DNA of 64,000 bases, taken from positions 32,001 through 96,000 of the forward strand of contig CAWCVB010000007.1 of the NCBI GenBank assembly GCA_963798915.1, in the 5' to 3' direction. Shown here piece by piece: positions 13,045-23,909 of this stretch. Below the pieces are notes generated by a model that did not search any database, was not told the origin of the DNA, and saw only the letters and a list, made by a program, of their open reading frames with translations. Origin of the DNA: an uncultured Gemmatimonadales bacterium. Its GTDB lineage: Bacteria > Gemmatimonadota > Gemmatimonadetes > Gemmatimonadales > GWC2-71-9. Position numbers and translations under genes: made by a program. Positions within the stretch are counted from its first letter, which is position 1; the number at the start of each line of letters is the position of its first letter.

Positions 13045-13557
13045 CTACCCCTCCTTCAGATCGGCCAGCATTGTGGCCAGGCGCGCCTTGCCACGAGCGA
13101 AGTGGGTGCGAGCCGTGCCGAGCGCGAGGCCGAGCACCCCGGCGGCCTCCTCCACTGTCAACTCGTGGTAGAAAACCAGTTCGACCATCTCTCGTTGCCG
13201 GACACTGAGCCGGCCCACAGCAGCGCGGAGCCGGCTGGCCCGGCTGGCGCGTTCAGCAGAGTGATCGGCCGGTGGCGGCGCCGTAGGGGCAACCCGGTTG
13301 CCGTGGCGCTCCAGCAACAGCCGGTGCAACCACAGGCGTCGGCGGCGGTTCGCCGCCGAGATCCGGATCACGCCGTAGAGCCAGGTCCGGAAGGCGGAAC
13401 GGCCGTCGTACCGGGCCTTGCCCTCGAGCACCGCCACGTAGACCCCCTGAAGGAGGTCGTCGGCGTCGTCGGGACGATCGCCGCTGCAGCGCACTGCCCA
13501 GGCCCGTGCATCCAGATGGGCAGCGGCCAGCATCGCACGGAGATCGCCGTGGTCCAC
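13045..13557 (-). CDS. ECF sigma factor
   Basis: DADDLLQ, FRTWLYGV, LSVRQREMVELVFYHELTVEEAA. GTG start with RBS; ATG 13593 is an alternative. Confidence 0.88.
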   Translation of the reverse strand: MDHGDLRAMLAAAHLDARAWAVRCSGDRPDDADDLLQGVYVAVLEGKARYDGRSAFRTWLYGVIRISAANRRRRLWLHRLLLERHGNRVAPTAPPPADHSAERASRASRLRAAVGRLSVRQREMVELVFYHELTVEEAAGVLGLALGTARTHFARGKARLATMLADLKEG

Positions 13558-13740
13558 GTCCGCCCTTCCTCTCGCGATCAGATGGCTGTTCATGAGTGGT
13601 TTGACGCACCGCGCCATAGGACAGCCGCATCGAAGGTGGGTCAAGCGAGCGGCCACAACGTCCGTGATCCAGGTACGCAGATCGCCCGTGATCCCCTCGG
13701 CATCCGGGCATCACCCTGGGAGCTCAGAATCCCGAGTACG

Positions 13741-14238
13741 TCATCTCGATTCTTCTCGCAGATGTTGCACCGGCGAAACCAACGAATCGCGACCGTCCGA
13801 GGCCAGGCATCTACATGTGCCATCAGGCGGCAACCTACTGGCGTACAGTCCCCTGCTGGTGCAGAAATCCGCGCAAACAATGGCGTCGGGCTTGCGCCCA
13901 AGGTTTCCTGTGCTGAGTTGGTGAAGAAACGCCACGAGCAGCAGGCCTGCGGTGGAGCCCATGGCCAAGAAAAGGTGGTTCCTGTTCAGGACGGCCGATG
14001 ATTCCTGGCGTTTGCCCCACCGGTACGCAGCCGCGAGCAGCGCGAGCCACACCAGGCTGAAGGCGGCAAGAACGAGGAGCAGGAGGGAACGATGAACGGA
14101 TGATGGCCAGGCATTGTCTCCCAGCACGAATATCCAGAGTGTGCCGGCGATCGCCCCTGTCAGCAGTACGGCAAGGATTCCGGAAAAGAGAAACGCTGGC
14201 ACACCGAACATCAGCGTATAAAGGTATCGACGCTTCAT
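13741..14238 (-). CDS. Membrane protein with C-terminal Cys cluster
   Basis: 3 TM segments, CADFC..CRC; ATGA overlap with LytTR stop. Confidence 0.7.
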   Translation of the reverse strand: MKRRYLYTLMFGVPAFLFSGILAVLLTGAIAGTLWIFVLGDNAWPSSVHRSLLLLVLAAFSLVWLALLAAAYRWGKRQESSAVLNRNHLFLAMGSTAGLLLVAFLHQLSTGNLGRKPDAIVCADFCTSRGLYASRLPPDGTCRCLASDGRDSLVSPVQHLREESR

Positions 14239-14951
14239 CCCAGGTCGTCCCTGAGCCGGGCCGCGTAGCGACGGCTGATGACCACCAGACCGGAACCGTC
14301 GGTGAGATGGAGACGGTAGGTGTAGTGGGACCACGGTTCCACGCGCTCGATCCGGGCCAGGTTCACGATGGTGGACCGATGGACCTGCCGGAAATCGGCC
14401 GGCAGGCGCCGCACCCACTCCTTGAGCGCCCGCGGCGTATGGATGGACAAGCCACCGGTGGTCCGGACCCGGCTGCCTCCTTCCTCAGCGTCGATACGGA
14501 TGATCGTAGCGATCTCCACGAATTCGGCCCGGTCGCTCGCCTCGAGGAAAATCCAGCGCGCGCCGGTAAAGGCCACGGGGGCTGCCGGCTCACGCGCTCC
14601 CAGGAATGCGTCAACCCTGGAGAGCGATTCGGCCAGGCGATCGGGGTCGACGGGCTTGACGAGATAGTCGAGGGCACGAGCTTCGAACGCGCGAACGGCG
14701 TACGCATCGTACGCGGTCACGAAGATCACCGCCGTAGCTCCGTCCAGTTCCGGCAAGAGGTCGAACCCCGATTCACGGCCGAGCCGAATGTCCAGAAAAA
14801 CAAGATCCGGGCTGGTCCGGAGCGCGAGCCCGCCGGCGGTGGCAAGATCCTTCGCCTCGCCCACCACAGTCACGTTCTCGTGCGCCTGCAGGAGCCGCTG
14901 CATCTCGCGGCGGGCCGGGGCCTCGTCGTCAACCACAATCGCCCTGATCAC
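14235..14951 (-). CDS. LytTR-family response regulator
   Basis: VDDE, FLDI, FVTAYD, YLVKP, FRQVHRSTIVN. Confidence 0.92.
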   Translation of the reverse strand: MIRAIVVDDEAPARREMQRLLQAHENVTVVGEAKDLATAGGLALRTSPDLVFLDIRLGRESGFDLLPELDGATAVIFVTAYDAYAVRAFEARALDYLVKPVDPDRLAESLSRVDAFLGAREPAAPVAFTGARWIFLEASDRAEFVEIATIIRIDAEEGGSRVRTTGGLSIHTPRALKEWVRRLPADFRQVHRSTIVNLARIERVEPWSHYTYRLHLTDGSGLVVISRRYAARLRDDLG

Positions 14952-16006
14952 GGGACGGTTGTCTCCACGGGTTCGTGACTTCGGCGGGGGGCCGTGAGTT
15001 CCAGTGCTGCTAGCACCCGACCATTCCGCTCGGTGAGCTCGAAGCGTCCGTCGTCACCATACATCTGCCGCAGCCGGACTCGGGTGAGATCCAACCCGAT
15101 CCCATCCGGAGACCCGGCCAGCGTGCCCCCACTCTCGACCTCTATTCGCACAGTGGCGCCTGCGACCCGGGCGTGAACCGCGACGAGAAGCACGCCGTCC
15201 GGGCCAGGAGTTCCGTGGTGCACCGCGTTCTCGACGAGAGGTTGAAGGATGAGAGAAGGCAGGAGAACATCGCGCGCGGCCGGATCGATCCAGACATCAA
15301 CCTTCAGGTCCGGCTCGAAACGCGCCTCCTCGATCTGCAGGTAGTCCCGTGCAGCGGCAATCTCCGCCTGGACCGTAGCCGGGCGGCCAAGGTCGGCCGA
15401 GAGGGCATGGCGGAGGAACTCGGAGAGTCGGGTCAGCACGATTCGCGCACGTCCGGGATCATCGACAACGAGGGACCGGATCGTGTTGAGGGCATTGAAG
15501 AGGAAGTGGGGCGCGAGTCGTGCGGCAAGAGACCGGACCTGGGCCTCATGCGCAGTTGCCTGTTGCTCGAGGAGCATCTCCCGAGCCTCCCGCTCGCGAC
15601 CCCATACCAGCGCGCCCACCGCCGCGGCCGACCAGCCAAGAAGCACGATCAGGTATTCCAGATCCACACCGCGAACGAAGCGTACCCATGGGACGACGAC
15701 CCCGAAGGCAGTGATGATTGTGACCAGGATGGCGCGGTCAAGCACGGGCCACAGGAAGAGCCCGATCACCAACGAGCCTATCCCGAGGATGGCCAGCCAG
15801 TCGTTCCGGTCCTTTCGGACTGCCCATCGGATCGCGAGCCACAGAACGCTCGTGATCCCCAGCCCCGTTGCTGCCCGGACCAGGTTCGCGAGCGCCATCG
15901 CCTCCCGCTCCGTCGGCTGCACCTCGGGGAGAATCGCCAGGAAACGGGCGATACCATAGAGGCCCCAAAAGACGACTTGGACGCCGAGCCATCGCTTGCC
16001 GCGCAT
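14948..16006 (-). CDS. LytS-type sensor histidine kinase
   Basis: TM helices, PHFLFNALNTI, LQPLVENAVHHG, GIGL. Confidence 0.92.
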   Translation of the reverse strand: MRGKRWLGVQVVFWGLYGIARFLAILPEVQPTEREAMALANLVRAATGLGITSVLWLAIRWAVRKDRNDWLAILGIGSLVIGLFLWPVLDRAILVTIITAFGVVVPWVRFVRGVDLEYLIVLLGWSAAAVGALVWGREREAREMLLEQQATAHEAQVRSLAARLAPHFLFNALNTIRSLVVDDPGRARIVLTRLSEFLRHALSADLGRPATVQAEIAAARDYLQIEEARFEPDLKVDVWIDPAARDVLLPSLILQPLVENAVHHGTPGPDGVLLVAVHARVAGATVRIEVESGGTLAGSPDGIGLDLTRVRLRQMYGDDGRFELTERNGRVLAALELTAPRRSHEPVETTVP

Positions 16007-16015
16007 GCGAGGAGT

Positions 16016-17719
16016 CTAGTGGGAAGTCACCGGTCCACGCGAGGCGATGCTCCACCGAGCGCCACTTTTCCGAAGCAGCAGCCACTGATCGAAGGATGCT
16101 CCCTGGTACCAGGGAGAACTGTACCGGTAGCGCACGACCATCCGATACGTGTCCGGTCCGGCAGGCTCGAGCCCCGAGAGCTGGACGTGGCTGCCGGTCT
16201 CCCTGGTGGGCGCTCTCCAGGGCTGGGCTCGGGGAATTTCGTGAAGCAGCGCCTGGAACAGCGACGGCTCGAGCGAGTCGCCAGCAATGCGAAGCCCGTC
16301 GATCCAGAGCGGGCGATGGAAGGGCGGGTCATACAGTCGGAGAGCCGCAACGTAGGCGCCCATGGCGTCGTCGGGATCGGTGCTGGTCGCGATCCGTGTC
16401 GCCCGGTAGGAGCCTTCACGGTAGAGTGGATGGATCACGAAGGCCGGCGAGCGCCCCGCAACGGCCTTCTCGAAGGTGACGATGGACCAGAGGGACCGGA
16501 GGAGGAATCTGCTCCCACCCTGCGGCACGAGGACATCAATCGGAGCGGCGCCGAGGTAGATGACAAGGTTCCCGCCCTGCTCGCGAACGTGGAGGGAGGC
16601 CCCGGGTGGAAGCGAGAGGTAGTCGGGCGGTGGGTGATACGAGCCCGGGACGGCAGCGATGATGGCTGGGTCAGCGGCCACCGGCGCGGTGACCGGGAGC
16701 GCCTTCGGCTCGTGACCGTTCGAGAGGTCGATCAGGGCGCGCGCCACGTCGTATGTCATCCCCGCGGCGTAGTCATTCGCCAAAACCACCGCAATCCGAT
16801 CTCCGTCCCGGACCAGCGCCGCGTTGTAGCCCGGGCATCGCCCCGTCTCGGCCCATTTGTCATCATCTGGAAAAAGGTCGGCCCACGTCGCCGCATCGAG
16901 CACCGGGTCGTGTCCGAGTGCCAGAGCCCAGCGGTGGAGATCGCGCGCGGTGGAGACCAGCGAGCCACCGCCGGTCTTGGTGACCATCTCCTGGAACGGG
17001 GCGCGGATCGTTTGTCCAAAGGCGAGCGGGCTGGGTGCGTAGCCCCGAGCGCGGGCCCGCACGATTTCCCCGTCCGACTCATTGTGAGTGTGGGTAAGGC
17101 CCAGCGGCCCCAGGATCTCGTCCTGCAGCAGCGGTCCGTATGGGCGCGCTGCGGCGAGCTCAAGGATCCGGGTCGCCACTGCGTAGCCACCGTTACTGTA
17201 ACGCCGTTCGGCTCCCGGCTCGAAATCGAGCGGCAGCCGGGCGATCGAGTCGACGAGTTGGGCCAGGGTGTGGGGCGCAGGTGACTCTTCGTCGTACGGG
17301 AGTGAGTTCACGCTTGGCACGCCGGCCCGGTGGTCGAGCAGGAGACGGAGAGTGATGCGATCAGCGTCCGGAAAGGCGGGAAGCCATCGCGCGATCGGTG
17401 CGTCCAGGTCCACAACCCCGCGCATGGCAAGTCGGCCGGCCAACGCGCGGGTGAATGCCTTGGTGATGGAAGCGATCCGGAAGACGTTCCCGGTCGCAAG
17501 CGGGATATCCTCCTCGAGGTCCGCCGCTCCGTACGCCTTCTGGAAGAGAACCGAGTCACCACGGGCGACGAGGACCACACCACGGAACACGTGGATTGCC
17601 TGCAGCGGCGCCAGATAGGCGTCGACAGCGGTCTCCAGGTCGCGGCTCGCAGTGCGCGCGCCGGTCGGCGGTCGCGTGGGGGCAAGGGCGGCCAGGACCA
17701 GGAGCGAGAGAACACGCAC
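16016..17719 (-). CDS. Secreted beta-lactamase-like serine hydrolase
   Basis: IASITK (SxxK), LLDHRAG, YSN. Confidence 0.87.
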   Translation of the reverse strand: MRVLSLLVLAALAPTRPPTGARTASRDLETAVDAYLAPLQAIHVFRGVVLVARGDSVLFQKAYGAADLEEDIPLATGNVFRIASITKAFTRALAGRLAMRGVVDLDAPIARWLPAFPDADRITLRLLLDHRAGVPSVNSLPYDEESPAPHTLAQLVDSIARLPLDFEPGAERRYSNGGYAVATRILELAAARPYGPLLQDEILGPLGLTHTHNESDGEIVRARARGYAPSPLAFGQTIRAPFQEMVTKTGGGSLVSTARDLHRWALALGHDPVLDAATWADLFPDDDKWAETGRCPGYNAALVRDGDRIAVVLANDYAAGMTYDVARALIDLSNGHEPKALPVTAPVAADPAIIAAVPGSYHPPPDYLSLPPGASLHVREQGGNLVIYLGAAPIDVLVPQGGSRFLLRSLWSIVTFEKAVAGRSPAFVIHPLYREGSYRATRIATSTDPDDAMGAYVAALRLYDPPFHRPLWIDGLRIAGDSLEPSLFQALLHEIPRAQPWRAPTRETGSHVQLSGLEPAGPDTYRMVVRYRYSSPWYQGASFDQWLLLRKSGARWSIASRGPVTSH

Positions 17720-17847
17720 GGAGACCTCCAGAACAGGGTCGCGAGGGATTTCACGATCCTAACGAGTGGGCTGATGGTTTCCGAAGAGTTTTCCGGTGGA
17801 CGGCGCGAGGAGCGGCTGAACGGTCGGAACCGCAAACGAACGGAGCA

Positions 17848-18090
17848 TCAATGGAGCACGGTGACGTGAAGGTGCGCAGCGCCAGCAACGGTATCAATCT
17901 TGTCGGAAGGAAGTCGGACCAGCTCCTCGCACAACACCTGCCATCGTGCTCCGTAGACCATCCGCAACCTGGCAATGTGTCGCTCGAAAGAGCCCTCCGC
18001 GATGAACTCGGCCAGGATGGCCTGGAGAGACAGCTGCTGGTCGTGCAGCGGCAGGGCACCTTCCCGCTGCAGCTCGATCCTGGAAAGCAT
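17848..18090 (-). pseudogene. Fragment of MocR/GabR-type PLP-dependent regulator
   Basis: QAILAEFIAEGSFERHIARLRMVY internal segment only. Confidence 0.55.
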
Positions 18091-18382
18091 TGGCTGTTCC
18101 GAGATTATCGTTTACTGATCCTTGCGGCATACCAAAGTGCACCGCGGTGGTTCGGTTGCCGGCCGTTCGTCTAGCAGGCCAATCGGCCGAGGCTGGCCGA
18201 ATCGGATCGAGATGAATTATTCAGAAAATCCAGCATGATCCGAACGTGGTGAGATTGATGACCAAACGTGGAGCACATCATGTCGTTCATCCGGTTTCAC
18301 GGACCCGCCGCCTGGTCGGTCTGGTGATCGCGCCTGCCGTCCTGGCCACCTGCCAGGCCGAGCCCAATCCCGGGCACATGGT

Positions 18383-19762
18383 ATGACCATGATGCGAGCA
18401 GCACACGGTAGACCGCGCGTCCCGGCGGGACCTCGTCTGGCGCTGCCGGCACTGATCAGCCTGCTCGCGACCGCGGCGCCAACGCCACCGGTTCATGCCC
18501 CGGCGGCGGAAACTGTTGCGGTCACCCACGTAACAGTGGTCCCGATGGACCGCGAGCGGCGGATCCGGGACCAGACCGTGGTCGTCCGGGATGGACGCAT
18601 CGTGGCGCTGGGACCGGCCAAATCCACGCCGGTGCCGCGCGAGGCGCAGCACATCGACGGCAGGGGCCGCTACCTGATGCCGGGCCTGACGGACATGCAT
18701 GTGCACCTTTTCTGGTCGCGCGATCTCGTGCTGTTCCTGGCCAACGGTGTCACGACGATCCGCAACATGGGCGGCTGGGGTGCGGCGGACAGCATCCTGC
18801 GATTGCGGACCGAGGTCGCACGCGGTGAGCGGGCCGGCCCGACCATCTACACGACCGGCAATTGGCTGGACGGCGACCAGCCGGTACGCGAAATCAACAC
18901 GGTGGTGCCAACTCCCGAGGCCGCACGCCAGATCGTGCGCGCGCAGAAGCTGGCCGGCTACGACTATATCAAGGTCTACGCCCGGCTCTCGGCGCCGGTG
19001 TACGCCCAGATCATGGCAACGGCGCACCAGGTCGGGATCCCGGTCACGGGCCACATTCCCGCCGCGGTCGGGCTGGACGGCGTGCTCGCGGCCGGTCAGG
19101 TGGACATCGCGCATGCCGCGCAGGTCTACCTCTTCGGCTTCCCCGCCGGCCCCGACACCGCCCGCATCGCGGAGGTCGCCCGCCAGATTCGGGAAGCGGG
19201 AACCGCGGTGACCACCACGCTGATCATGATGCAGCGGTCGGCCGCCATGCGCGGCGACAGCGCCTACCTCCGGGAACTGCTCGCACGGCCCCAGGCCCGT
19301 TACCTGGGCCAGGCCGAGCGGCGGTTCTGGGTCGAGGACAACCCGTTTCTCGCCCTGCCGCCTTCCGCCGCCTTTCAGCAAGGCGTCGAGTTCACCATGG
19401 GGCCGCTGGTGCGCGGCCTGCACCAGCAGGGCGTCGACCTGATGCTCGGCACTGATTGCGGGCTCTGGGCCAATCCGCCCGGCTTCTCGGCCATCGAGGA
19501 ACTGCATGATCTGGTCGCTGCCGGACTCTCGCCCTACCAGGCGCTGCGGACGGCCACGGTGAACCCGGCGGAGTTCCTCACGCGCACAACGGGACGCTCT
19601 GCGGGTAGTGGTACGGTCGCGATTGGTGAGCCGGCCAACCTGCTGCTGCTCACGGCCGACCCGTTGGCCAATGTTGGGAACGTCGCGCGTCGTGCCGGTG
19701 TGGTGGTGCGCGGCCGCTGGTGGTCCGAAGCGGAGTTGCAGGACAGCCTTCGGAGCCGGTAA
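18383..19762 (+). CDS. Secreted amidohydrolase family protein
   Basis: PGLTDMHVH, GVTTIRNMG, IKVY, GTDCG, ANLLLLTADPL. Confidence 0.9.
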   Translation: MTMMRAAHGRPRVPAGPRLALPALISLLATAAPTPPVHAPAAETVAVTHVTVVPMDRERRIRDQTVVVRDGRIVALGPAKSTPVPREAQHIDGRGRYLMPGLTDMHVHLFWSRDLVLFLANGVTTIRNMGGWGAADSILRLRTEVARGERAGPTIYTTGNWLDGDQPVREINTVVPTPEAARQIVRAQKLAGYDYIKVYARLSAPVYAQIMATAHQVGIPVTGHIPAAVGLDGVLAAGQVDIAHAAQVYLFGFPAGPDTARIAEVARQIREAGTAVTTTLIMMQRSAAMRGDSAYLRELLARPQARYLGQAERRFWVEDNPFLALPPSAAFQQGVEFTMGPLVRGLHQQGVDLMLGTDCGLWANPPGFSAIEELHDLVAAGLSPYQALRTATVNPAEFLTRTTGRSAGSGTVAIGEPANLLLLTADPLANVGNVARRAGVVVRGRWWSEAELQDSLRSR

Positions 19763-19966
19763 CGTACCACATGCGGTCGGCGCGCACCGGGCAACAACTG
19801 ACGGGAGATATGCGGCGCGGCGTGCGACTGCGACCGGAATCCTCCTGTGATCGCCGAATTCACCGGGGCCGAGCTCGCCGCGCCGGAGTGCGGGCCGGGC
19901 GGAACGCGATCCAACTCGCCTGAGGCCGCGGTAGTCAGTCAGCGCCGCGAGCTACGAGGAGATCTG

Positions 19967-21208
19967 ATGAAGCGAGTGCGTTGTGCCGTCGCGCGTCTGG
20001 TGAAGCCGGGAATCCATGCCGGCACGACATCCATGCTCGCATCGATTTGCGCGCTCATCCTAAGCATTCCGCTGACCGTGGGCGGCTGCGCCGGGCGTGC
20101 TGGCGCGGAACCCATGCCCGACTCACTCATGATCGACAGTACCGCCCGTGCACTGATGCGGCGTGAACACGTCCAGGGATTGGCGCTCGCCGTCATTGAC
20201 GGCGGCAGGGTGAACCAGGTGGCGTCCTACGGGATCCGGAACGCCGCCGGTGACCCGCTCACCACCGAAACCGTCATGTACGGCGCGTCGCTCACGAAGA
20301 CCGCCTTCACGTACCTGGTCATGCAGCTGGTGGACGAAGGACGACTGGACCTCGATGCCTCGATCGCCGACTTGCTGCCGCGTCCACTGCCGGAGTACGA
20401 GGACTATCACGACCTGGCGGGGGATGCCCGCTGGAAGGCCCTGACCATGCGGATTCTGCTCACGCACACGTCGGGGTTCGCCAATTTCCGGTGGCTGGAG
20501 GACGACGGCAAGCTCCGTTTTCACTCCGATCCCGGCACGCGCTACGGCTACTCGGGGGAAGGCTTCTACATCGCCCAGCTCGTACTCGAGCAGGCGCTGG
20601 GGCTGGATGTCGGACGAGAGATGCAGACGCGGATCTTCGACCGCTTCGGCATGACGCGGACCTCGATGCAGTGGCGCCCGGACTTCCGGCCCAACCTGGC
20701 GGATGGGTTTCGAATCGATGGAACGCCAGAGCCGCATGACGAGCGGTCGAGCGTCAGCGCGGCCGGTTCGATGGATACCGACATTGCCGATCAGGCCAGA
20801 CTCTGGGCCGGCATCGTACGGGGCGACGGGCTCAGCCGCCAGGCCCGCGCCGAGATGGTCCGGGCCCAGATGCTGATCACGTCGGCGCATCAATTCCCGA
20901 CCCTGGCTCCCGACACCAACCACGCCAATGTGGCCATCGCGTTGTCGGCCGGTCTGGGGCTGGTGACCTTCCAGGGCCCTCAGGGCAAAGTCTGGTTCAA
21001 GGGTGGCCACAACGAGTGGACCGGCAACATGGTTGTCTGCATTGAGCGGGAGCGGCGCTGCCTGGTGCTGCTGTCCAACGACGTGCGGTCAGAGCGGCTT
21101 TACCCCGAACTCATGCGAGCGGTCCTCGGCGAGACGGGGCTGCCCTGGCCTTGGGAATATCAATGGCTTCCGCCGCACATGTTCGCGCTCGGCACCGGCC
21201 CGCGTTAA
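19967..21208 (+). CDS. Beta-lactamase-like serine hydrolase
   Basis: ASLTK, LLTHTSG, YSGEG, KGG. Confidence 0.88.
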   Translation: MKRVRCAVARLVKPGIHAGTTSMLASICALILSIPLTVGGCAGRAGAEPMPDSLMIDSTARALMRREHVQGLALAVIDGGRVNQVASYGIRNAAGDPLTTETVMYGASLTKTAFTYLVMQLVDEGRLDLDASIADLLPRPLPEYEDYHDLAGDARWKALTMRILLTHTSGFANFRWLEDDGKLRFHSDPGTRYGYSGEGFYIAQLVLEQALGLDVGREMQTRIFDRFGMTRTSMQWRPDFRPNLADGFRIDGTPEPHDERSSVSAAGSMDTDIADQARLWAGIVRGDGLSRQARAEMVRAQMLITSAHQFPTLAPDTNHANVAIALSAGLGLVTFQGPQGKVWFKGGHNEWTGNMVVCIERERRCLVLLSNDVRSERLYPELMRAVLGETGLPWPWEYQWLPPHMFALGTGPR

Positions 21209-21238
21209 CCCGATGTTCGCGCCAAAGAGCCGCTGCCG

Positions 21239-21559
21239 TCACACCCAGACGTCGTGGGGTGCGGTCCGGTCGCCACCTTCGCCGCCGGTGTTGCGCACCC
21301 CTCGCGGCTCGATGAGCAGCAGCGTGACCTCATGCTCCGCGTTTGGCTTGTGCTCGAGCCCTTTCGGCACCACCAACATTTCGCCGGGTGAGAGGCGCAC
21401 GGCGCCGTCGCGAAAGTCGATCCTGAGGCGGCCATCGAGCATCAGGAACGTTTCGTCGGTGTCCTTTTGATACTCGTTCATCTCGGCGACCACCCGGGGC
21501 TGCCACTGCTCATCGATGAGCCCCAGCTTGTCCATGAGGTTGATGGCCTGAGAGGTCAC
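21239..21559 (-). pseudogene. Cupin protein with apparent in-frame internal deletion
   Basis: WQPRVVAEMNEYQ joins directly to KDTDETF; the usual first-motif (F..VWH.H) segment is missing; VPKGLEHKP present. Confidence 0.6.
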
Positions 21560-21758
21560 GCGCTCTCCAGATAAAGTCGACCCGACTCATCGCTCGCTGC
21601 GCCACATGGCGCCCTCGGCGCGTGGCCACCGGCAGGTTCGGCCTCCGCCTGCGCCGGCGACGCTCCGCACCCGTATCAAGCGGTCAACGCGCTTCCTGCG
21701 AAAGTGAAAGCGGGAGGTCGGCCGGGCGACGCACAGGCCGCCCGGCCGTGGGAATGTA

Positions 21759-22118
21759 TCAGCTGCGCTCGTCGAAATGATCCAGGCAGAACTGCTCCAC
21801 CTCCTGCGGATCGCTGGACGCGAACGATTCGCTGCCGAACTGGGAATAGTTCTCGCTGGCGCTCACATACTGGCAGTTGGTGAACATGGAATTCTGGTTC
21901 AGCTTGCTGCCGGCGTAGATCTCGCCCTCCTCGCCATTGGGCAGGGTGACCGGATCAAAATGGAACTTCAGGTTGAAGTGATCGGACTTCGACTGGGCAA
22001 GCTGGACCTGGCCGGCATCGGGCCCCAGCGGGGCGCTGCTGTCCGCACACGCGGCGACGCCCAGGATGCCGCAGGCCGCAACGCTCAGGGCCAAGCGGTG
22101 AATATGAGTGACAAACAT
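21759..22118 (-). CDS. Small lipoprotein, unknown function
   Basis: Lipobox VAAC, RBS GGGAG; GC hairpin at about 21719-21748 downstream. Confidence 0.7.
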   Translation of the reverse strand: MFVTHIHRLALSVAACGILGVAACADSSAPLGPDAGQVQLAQSKSDHFNLKFHFDPVTLPNGEEGEIYAGSKLNQNSMFTNCQYVSASENYSQFGSESFASSDPQEVEQFCLDHFDERS

Positions 22119-22611
22119 GGCAAGACTCCCTTCTGGAAATGCTTACAGCTATTTGCTGACGTCTTTCTACTATAAAAGGCTGACCATCCTCCGCCACCCT
22201 TGGGGGCAGGGACGTCCGGCTGCTTCAGGTCAATAGCTGCGAGTCGAACAGTTCGACGCCAGACCTCAGCGCTATCTCGAAGGCTGCCGCCAGACCGGGA
22301 TGTGGCCGGCGCCGGCGGGGTGCGGCCGAATATCAACTACAGGGCGACTCCGCCGACCAGGCGGAGAATGATGAGCGTCGGTGAAGGACTTCGGGGTCAT
22401 CCTGTCCGCCAGTCCGTTCACAGCAGCGGTCGACGGTGGGTCAGCTCGGTGAAGGATGCTCACCGTCCATTGCCGAGCTCGAACGCGAAGAGACGCGCGA
22501 AAAGTGAAAGGCGAGCTGCGCCCCACAACGGTCCGCCGGCTCGCTCGGCCCATCCCTGGCGAAATGAACCGAAGCGGTGTTTAGATTCCCTTTCCCTGGC
22601 CGGAAGGCCCT

Positions 22612-23655
22612 ATGATGAAACGGGCTGTGAAATGGCTGCTGGCCGCAGTCGTCCTGCTGATTCTGGCGGGTGCGGCAATGCTCGCCCGCCGCGGCTCGAC
22701 ACCGCGCATCCATGGCCCGAGCGCCGTAGCGGAACTCCGGCAGCTGTCCCTGGGCGGGGATCCGCAGTGGGTGCTGATTCGCGGGCAGCATCGCTGCAAT
22801 CCGGTGGTCCTTTTCCTCCACGGCGGCCCTGGCATGCCGACGATGTTCCTCGCCCATGACTTTCAGCGCGACTGGGAGAAGTACCTCACCGTCGTTCAGT
22901 GGGACCGCCTTGGAGCCGGGAAATCCTACGCCGCCGGACTCGCCTACGACTCCTTTACCGTCCGCCGCACGCTCGACGACACGCACGCGCTCGCCTCGTG
23001 GCTGCGCAAGCGCTTCGACGTGCCAGGCGTCGTCCTGGTCGGCCACTCGTGGGGCTCATACATCGGCATGCGTGCCATCGCCGAACGGCCCGACCTTTAT
23101 CTCGCCTACGTCGGCACCGGTCAGCTTGCCGGCTCCCGCGAAGCGCGCGCCCGGGCCCGCGCCGCCGAGCTCCGCCCTCTGGCCCAGGCCCGCGGCGACA
23201 CAGCGCTACTCCAGATGCTCGAGCACGATCAAACTGTTCCCGAGAACACACTCTTCCGATATCACGGTGAGCTGGTCAAGGCTCATAGCTTCCTCCCGAT
23301 CCTCCTCACAGGACTTCGGGCGCGCGAATACACGCTCCACGACGTGCTTGACGTCGGGCGCGGCGCCCAGCGCGTCGGTCGCCTCATGCGCGGCGACGAC
23401 GTGCCGCTCGATTCCGCCGTCCGCAAGGTCCGGGTGCCCGTCTACTTCTTCCTCGGCCGCCATGACATGAATACCCCACCGGCCACCGCGGTCTCGTACC
23501 TCCAACAACTTGACGCGCCCGAGAAGGGGATTCGCTGGTTTGACAGCTCGGCGCACTTCCCCTTCTGGGAGGAGTCCGCCCGGTTCGGCAACGAACTGCG
23601 TGGGATTGCGGACGAGGTGCACGGCGCGGCGCCATGCCGGCTGGCCGGAGGCTGA
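22612..23655 (+). CDS. Alpha/beta hydrolase (proline iminopeptidase-like)
   Basis: LHGGPG, GHSWG, GRHD, SAHFPF. Confidence 0.88.
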   Translation: MMKRAVKWLLAAVVLLILAGAAMLARRGSTPRIHGPSAVAELRQLSLGGDPQWVLIRGQHRCNPVVLFLHGGPGMPTMFLAHDFQRDWEKYLTVVQWDRLGAGKSYAAGLAYDSFTVRRTLDDTHALASWLRKRFDVPGVVLVGHSWGSYIGMRAIAERPDLYLAYVGTGQLAGSREARARARAAELRPLAQARGDTALLQMLEHDQTVPENTLFRYHGELVKAHSFLPILLTGLRAREYTLHDVLDVGRGAQRVGRLMRGDDVPLDSAVRKVRVPVYFFLGRHDMNTPPATAVSYLQQLDAPEKGIRWFDSSAHFPFWEESARFGNELRGIADEVHGAAPCRLAGG

Positions 23656-23909
23656 GATCGCTTCGGTTCAATGTCCGACCTTGGCCTGAATCAGTACAGC
23701 TTGGCCGCGGACCGTGGGCTTTCAGCCGCTCCGGTCGAGTAGCCGCTCGCCGGGAGTCGATGGCGCCGCTTTCCGCCAGCGCCGCGATCTGGATGACCTG
23801 TTCGCCATTGGTCTGCAGGAAACAGCGCTCCTACCGAGCCTTGTGCTTCCGCGCGTCGCGTGGGGCCTTCTGGACAGCACCCTGATCGCGAGGTCTGTGT
23901 GGGTTGGAC

